Part shown: in pieces, positions 36,259 to 39,333 of the stretch
How positions within the stretch are numbered: position 1 is the first letter of the stretch
Layout of the letters: every line of letters starts with the position of its first letter
Source of the DNA: Polymyxa betae A26-41
Lineage: Eukaryota > Protista > Endomyxa: Phytomyxea
NCBI GenBank assembly: GCA_003693705.1
Contig: RBZT01000845.1
Coordinates: 1-39,333, forward strand
Length of the DNA stretch: 39,333 nucleotides
Direction of reading: 5' to 3'
Notes under the pieces: generated by a model
Seen by the model: only the letters and a program-made list of their open reading frames with translations
The model's database searches: none
Told to the model about the DNA's origin: nothing
Made by a program: the position numbers and the translations under genes

Positions 36259-37071
36259 ATGAACATGATGAAAAATGGTCGGGGTTGCGCCCACTGTGCC
36301 AGTTACAGGATCGGCTTCCGAACCACATCTCTCTGTGTGCTCTTTGGGTCGTACTGGCTCCATATCCGGCGAATTCTGCCAGCTGATGTGCCTCTGAGCG
36401 CGGAACGGATGTCCGCCTGCGGCGTATCCCGCGGCTGTTTGCAGAACACTGTTCTGGCGGTAACATTACTTTGGTCGCTGCAGTTCAACTGTTACATTGT
36501 CGTCACGTTTCTGATCAATCCGCGCTCGCAATGGCATTCGATCTCCGATTACAGCGCCACGCTGATCGGCTCCTCAACGATCCTCGTACACTGGGTTGGC
36601 GGCCTTCTCGTCAATACGCTCGGCGTCGTACAATTCCTTCCTGCTCCGCGGACCTTCCATCGATGGTCCGGACGGGTTTATATCGCCGCCTTAATGATCA
36701 CAAGCTCGGCTGGAATCTGTTACATAATCGCTGTAAGAACTGTTGGCGGCCTCCAGATGGATATCTGCTTTTTGATCTACGGAGTTGCGTGTTTGACATC
36801 CGCGGCGGGCACCGGCTGGTGGGCAGTACGACGCGATTATCTCAGGCATAGGCGATGGGGATTGCGAACGTTTACGTTAGGGTTTGCGAGCGCGTTCTAT
36901 CGATTGTTGATAGTGCCGTTGATGGTGACGGAGGCGGCCAATGATGAGGTGAATCTGTATCTGAATGTCTCCGGATGGATCATGTTTCTCCCGTATCTGA
37001 TCGTCGAATGTCGTCTCTGCTATGAGACGTGGTCGAAAGGCAGGCTGCAGCATGAAAACGTCCACGTCTAG
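36259..37071 (+). CDS. DUF2306-family integral membrane protein, intronless (true start may be 36409)
   Basis: Motifs HWVGG...GVVQF..., FHRWSGRVY and HRRWGLRTF, with about 6 TM helices. Confidence 0.8.
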   Translation: MNMMKNGRGCAHCASYRIGFRTTSLCVLFGSYWLHIRRILPADVPLSAERMSACGVSRGCLQNTVLAVTLLWSLQFNCYIVVTFLINPRSQWHSISDYSATLIGSSTILVHWVGGLLVNTLGVVQFLPAPRTFHRWSGRVYIAALMITSSAGICYIIAVRTVGGLQMDICFLIYGVACLTSAAGTGWWAVRRDYLRHRRWGLRTFTLGFASAFYRLLIVPLMVTEAANDEVNLYLNVSGWIMFLPYLIVECRLCYETWSKGRLQHENVHV

Positions 37072-37982
37072 TTGGCAGATTAATCAAGTTTTTTTTTCAA
37101 AAACTAAAAAAAAAATAAAAAATTTTGTTGAATCCTCAGTACAAACTTTATAAATCACAAAATATTTTTTTTTTAGAAACTTTACTCTTCGTGATATATT
37201 TTTTTATAGTTAGTATTCTTGGAACTTCAGGAATATTTTCGGTCTTTTATATTGTATATGATTCTAATAGAGTTTGTTTTAAGAATTTACAAATTCAAAA
37301 TGTCTGAATATAGCGTTCGTTTCGATTCGCTCTTTAAGCACATTCTACCATAAAAAAGACATCTGAGCTGAATACTTTCATGGTTGCTCACTGCTGGAAA
37401 AGATAATCAAAATCCATCGATGAGCAGATATTGCGCCCTCCAAAGCTTCTCTGCCTTCCGACGACAACTCAAACGGCAACAATTCGACCACCATTGCTTG
37501 GAATCGCCTAAACCAGATCATCGCGAACAGACAGTACCCGATGCTGCCTGTTCACCAACGCTGGACGAATCGGATATGCCTACCAGGGCTAGTACGGCCA
37601 CCTGTTCTCCCCCTGCACGACGGAAGACCGCAGCCGGATCCGGCCCTGATCTCTTCCATCCTCCACGGACAATACTCCCCTGAGCTGTAGAGCCGCCACG
37701 GCATCTGCTCCAAGCCAAACTTCAAACCAGAGTAAAGACCGCAACCCGGTCCCGACCTGCGTCAGCGGCCGTACTGGAAACATCTTTTCTCAATACAGAT
37801 TTACAAGCACATAACACTAAACCCTAACTCCGAAAAGAGACTCCGACCGGATCTCGTCACGTAAATCACTGTATAATGCTACTAATTTTATCAAAGACTG
37901 TCACAATCAAGTGCTTGGCGGGCGTACTCGCCCTTCTGTCTGTGTTGAACGATCAATAATGGGAGAACAGCCGAAATCGATT

Positions 37983-39159
37983 CTATAATTCGGTCTGTTC
38001 TTTATTCAATAAATCATACTGCATAAACACCCTCGGACATCGTTGTCCGAATTTGTAGTTGATCCCGTCCATCCTTCCAGCATGCACAAACCCGACTTTT
38101 TCATGAAGACGAATCGTGGAGTGATTCTCCGGATCGGCCATGATCACGGCGCTGCCGAAACCCCGCTCGCGCAGCCCGTCCAGCAGCCGCTCATACAGCC
38201 GCCCACCCAGTCCTTGACCGCGTAGCGTAACATACACGCTACAGAGGGCCGCGCGGTCGTACTCGAGAAACCGCGACGCGCAACAATACCCGACGATGCG
38301 GCCGCCGTCCTCGTCCGTGGCCACAAATCACGGTAGGTCGAACTGGCCCATGCGTTGTTGGATTTCGGAGACCGAGGGGCAGACGAGCTCCGGAGCCACG
38401 GTGCTCTCTTCGACATAGAGGCGGCGGATCTGGGCCGCGTCCGAATGCCGTGCCGAACGGAGCGCAATAGTCGGCTTCAGTTTGTTCGGCGTCGCAGTTC
38501 TGGGAGCTTCACGCGACGAATTAATTCGTAAATTTGCAGAGGAAGAAGTCAATAATTTTGAAAAAAAATACTCGCGAATATCATTCGAAGAAGCTCGCAA
38601 AGATTTCATCCAGAATTCTGCATCTTTCCATTCGCCGTCGTGGTAACGAATCCTTCGCAGTGTAACGGCAAGTTCGAATCCCACGGACCTCAAAACATCG
38701 CGATGATCGAGCTCGGACGGATCCACCACGACGACGGCCTTCCGAAAATCGTTGGATTCGAGCTCACGAAACATTCGCTCATACAAACTCGCCACGGGGC
38801 TCGCCGAGACGAAACGGCCGTCCAGACGCAAACGACGCGATCTGCGAATACGTTTCCCGCGACAGAAACCGCTCCGCATGTAACGTGGACACCGTGTTCG
38901 GGTCGTACTGGATCTTCGTCGCCTCGCACGCGCTGATAATCCTCGCCGGGGTCGAAGCGATTCGTTGCGAAAGGCGCCAGAACCGGCTCGGCGCCGCCCA
39001 GGTCCGGATCCGGACTCGCGGCTGTACCAGCCCGCCGAGATTCGGAGTCGGTAACGCGAGCCGCGGCGCGGGAGCAGCTGATAAAGAGGTGGTGGTGATG
39101 GCGTTGGTGACGCCGCTTACAAGAAGGAAGGCGCATATGAGAGCGAATAGGCGAGGCAT
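37983..39159 (-). pseudogene. Signal peptide + tandem GNAT (phosphinothricin-acetyltransferase/YncA-like) gene, disrupted
   Basis: Signal peptide MPRLFALICAFLLVSGVTNA. Domain 1 ends LRSVGFE...DGEWKDAEFWMK. Domain 2 has LRSARHSDAAQI, SVYV, RGQGLGGRLY and SN-like HSTIRLHEKVGF. Frameshift near 38830 and in-frame TGA at 38330-38328. Confidence 0.75.
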
Positions 39160-39333
39160 GATGATCGAAGATTTGAGAGAGCTGGGGCCTTGGGGCTTCT
39201 TCGAATCTTCCATGAGAAGACAGTAGAAACTGCGTGGATTAATCAGATGGAATCGATCTGAACTGATAATGCTGAAATGTTTGTTTCCGATTATTTTAGA
39301 AAGTGCGTTGTGTTTCCGATTAGAAAGTGCGTT

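Noticed and set aside
37384-37830. Pro/Ser/Thr-rich + strand ORF with a further in-frame TGA
   Set aside because: Low complexity and no recognisable domain. It cannot be told apart from a decayed fragment.
19148-38330. Alternative genetic code with TGA read as Trp or Sec, suggested by in-frame TGAs at 19148, 19577, 31676 and 38330
   Set aside because: Intact Trp-rich genes here have no internal TGA, the ankyrin gene ends in TGA, and gene D shows a CGA-to-TGA change. The affected loci also have other lesions. Nonsense mutation is the simpler explanation.
1-39333. Firm taxonomic assignment such as Phytomyxea
   Set aside because: Short introns and secreted ankyrin proteins are only suggestive. 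BLAST of RidA or PRKRIP1 would be needed.

Overview
This window is eukaryotic nuclear DNA, not prokaryotic. It has short spliceosomal introns (mostly 41-57 nt, GT/GC-AG), and there is no operon, rRNA, tRNA or CRISPR signal. It reads as a fast-evolving accessory or effector region. The ORF track misses the main structure, which only appears after splicing by hand: a minus-strand array of five paralogous 5-exon genes (2269-3147, 4759-5654, 7971-8916, 9858-10639, 17614-18433). Each encodes a signal peptide, a polar linker and four TM helices, with intron phases 1,1,1,2 and a Trp codon split by intron 4. Other secreted or effector-like genes are a signal peptide + F-box-like + ankyrin gene with a decayed paralog, a disrupted signal peptide + tandem GNAT gene, and three decayed copies of a family carrying a (K)RPR motif. 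Recognisable genes encode an alkaline-ceramidase/CREST protein, PRKRIP1/DUF1168, RidA/YjgF and DUF2306. Mobile or repeated DNA includes two pogo-like TA-flanked elements, a solo LTR with its empty site in the adjacent duplication, two MITE-like inverted repeats, several tandem and inverted duplications, and about 20 interstitial AACCCTAA motifs. The organism is unknown. A parasitic protist such as a phytomyxid is plausible but is only an inference. All alignments and splice models were made by eye.
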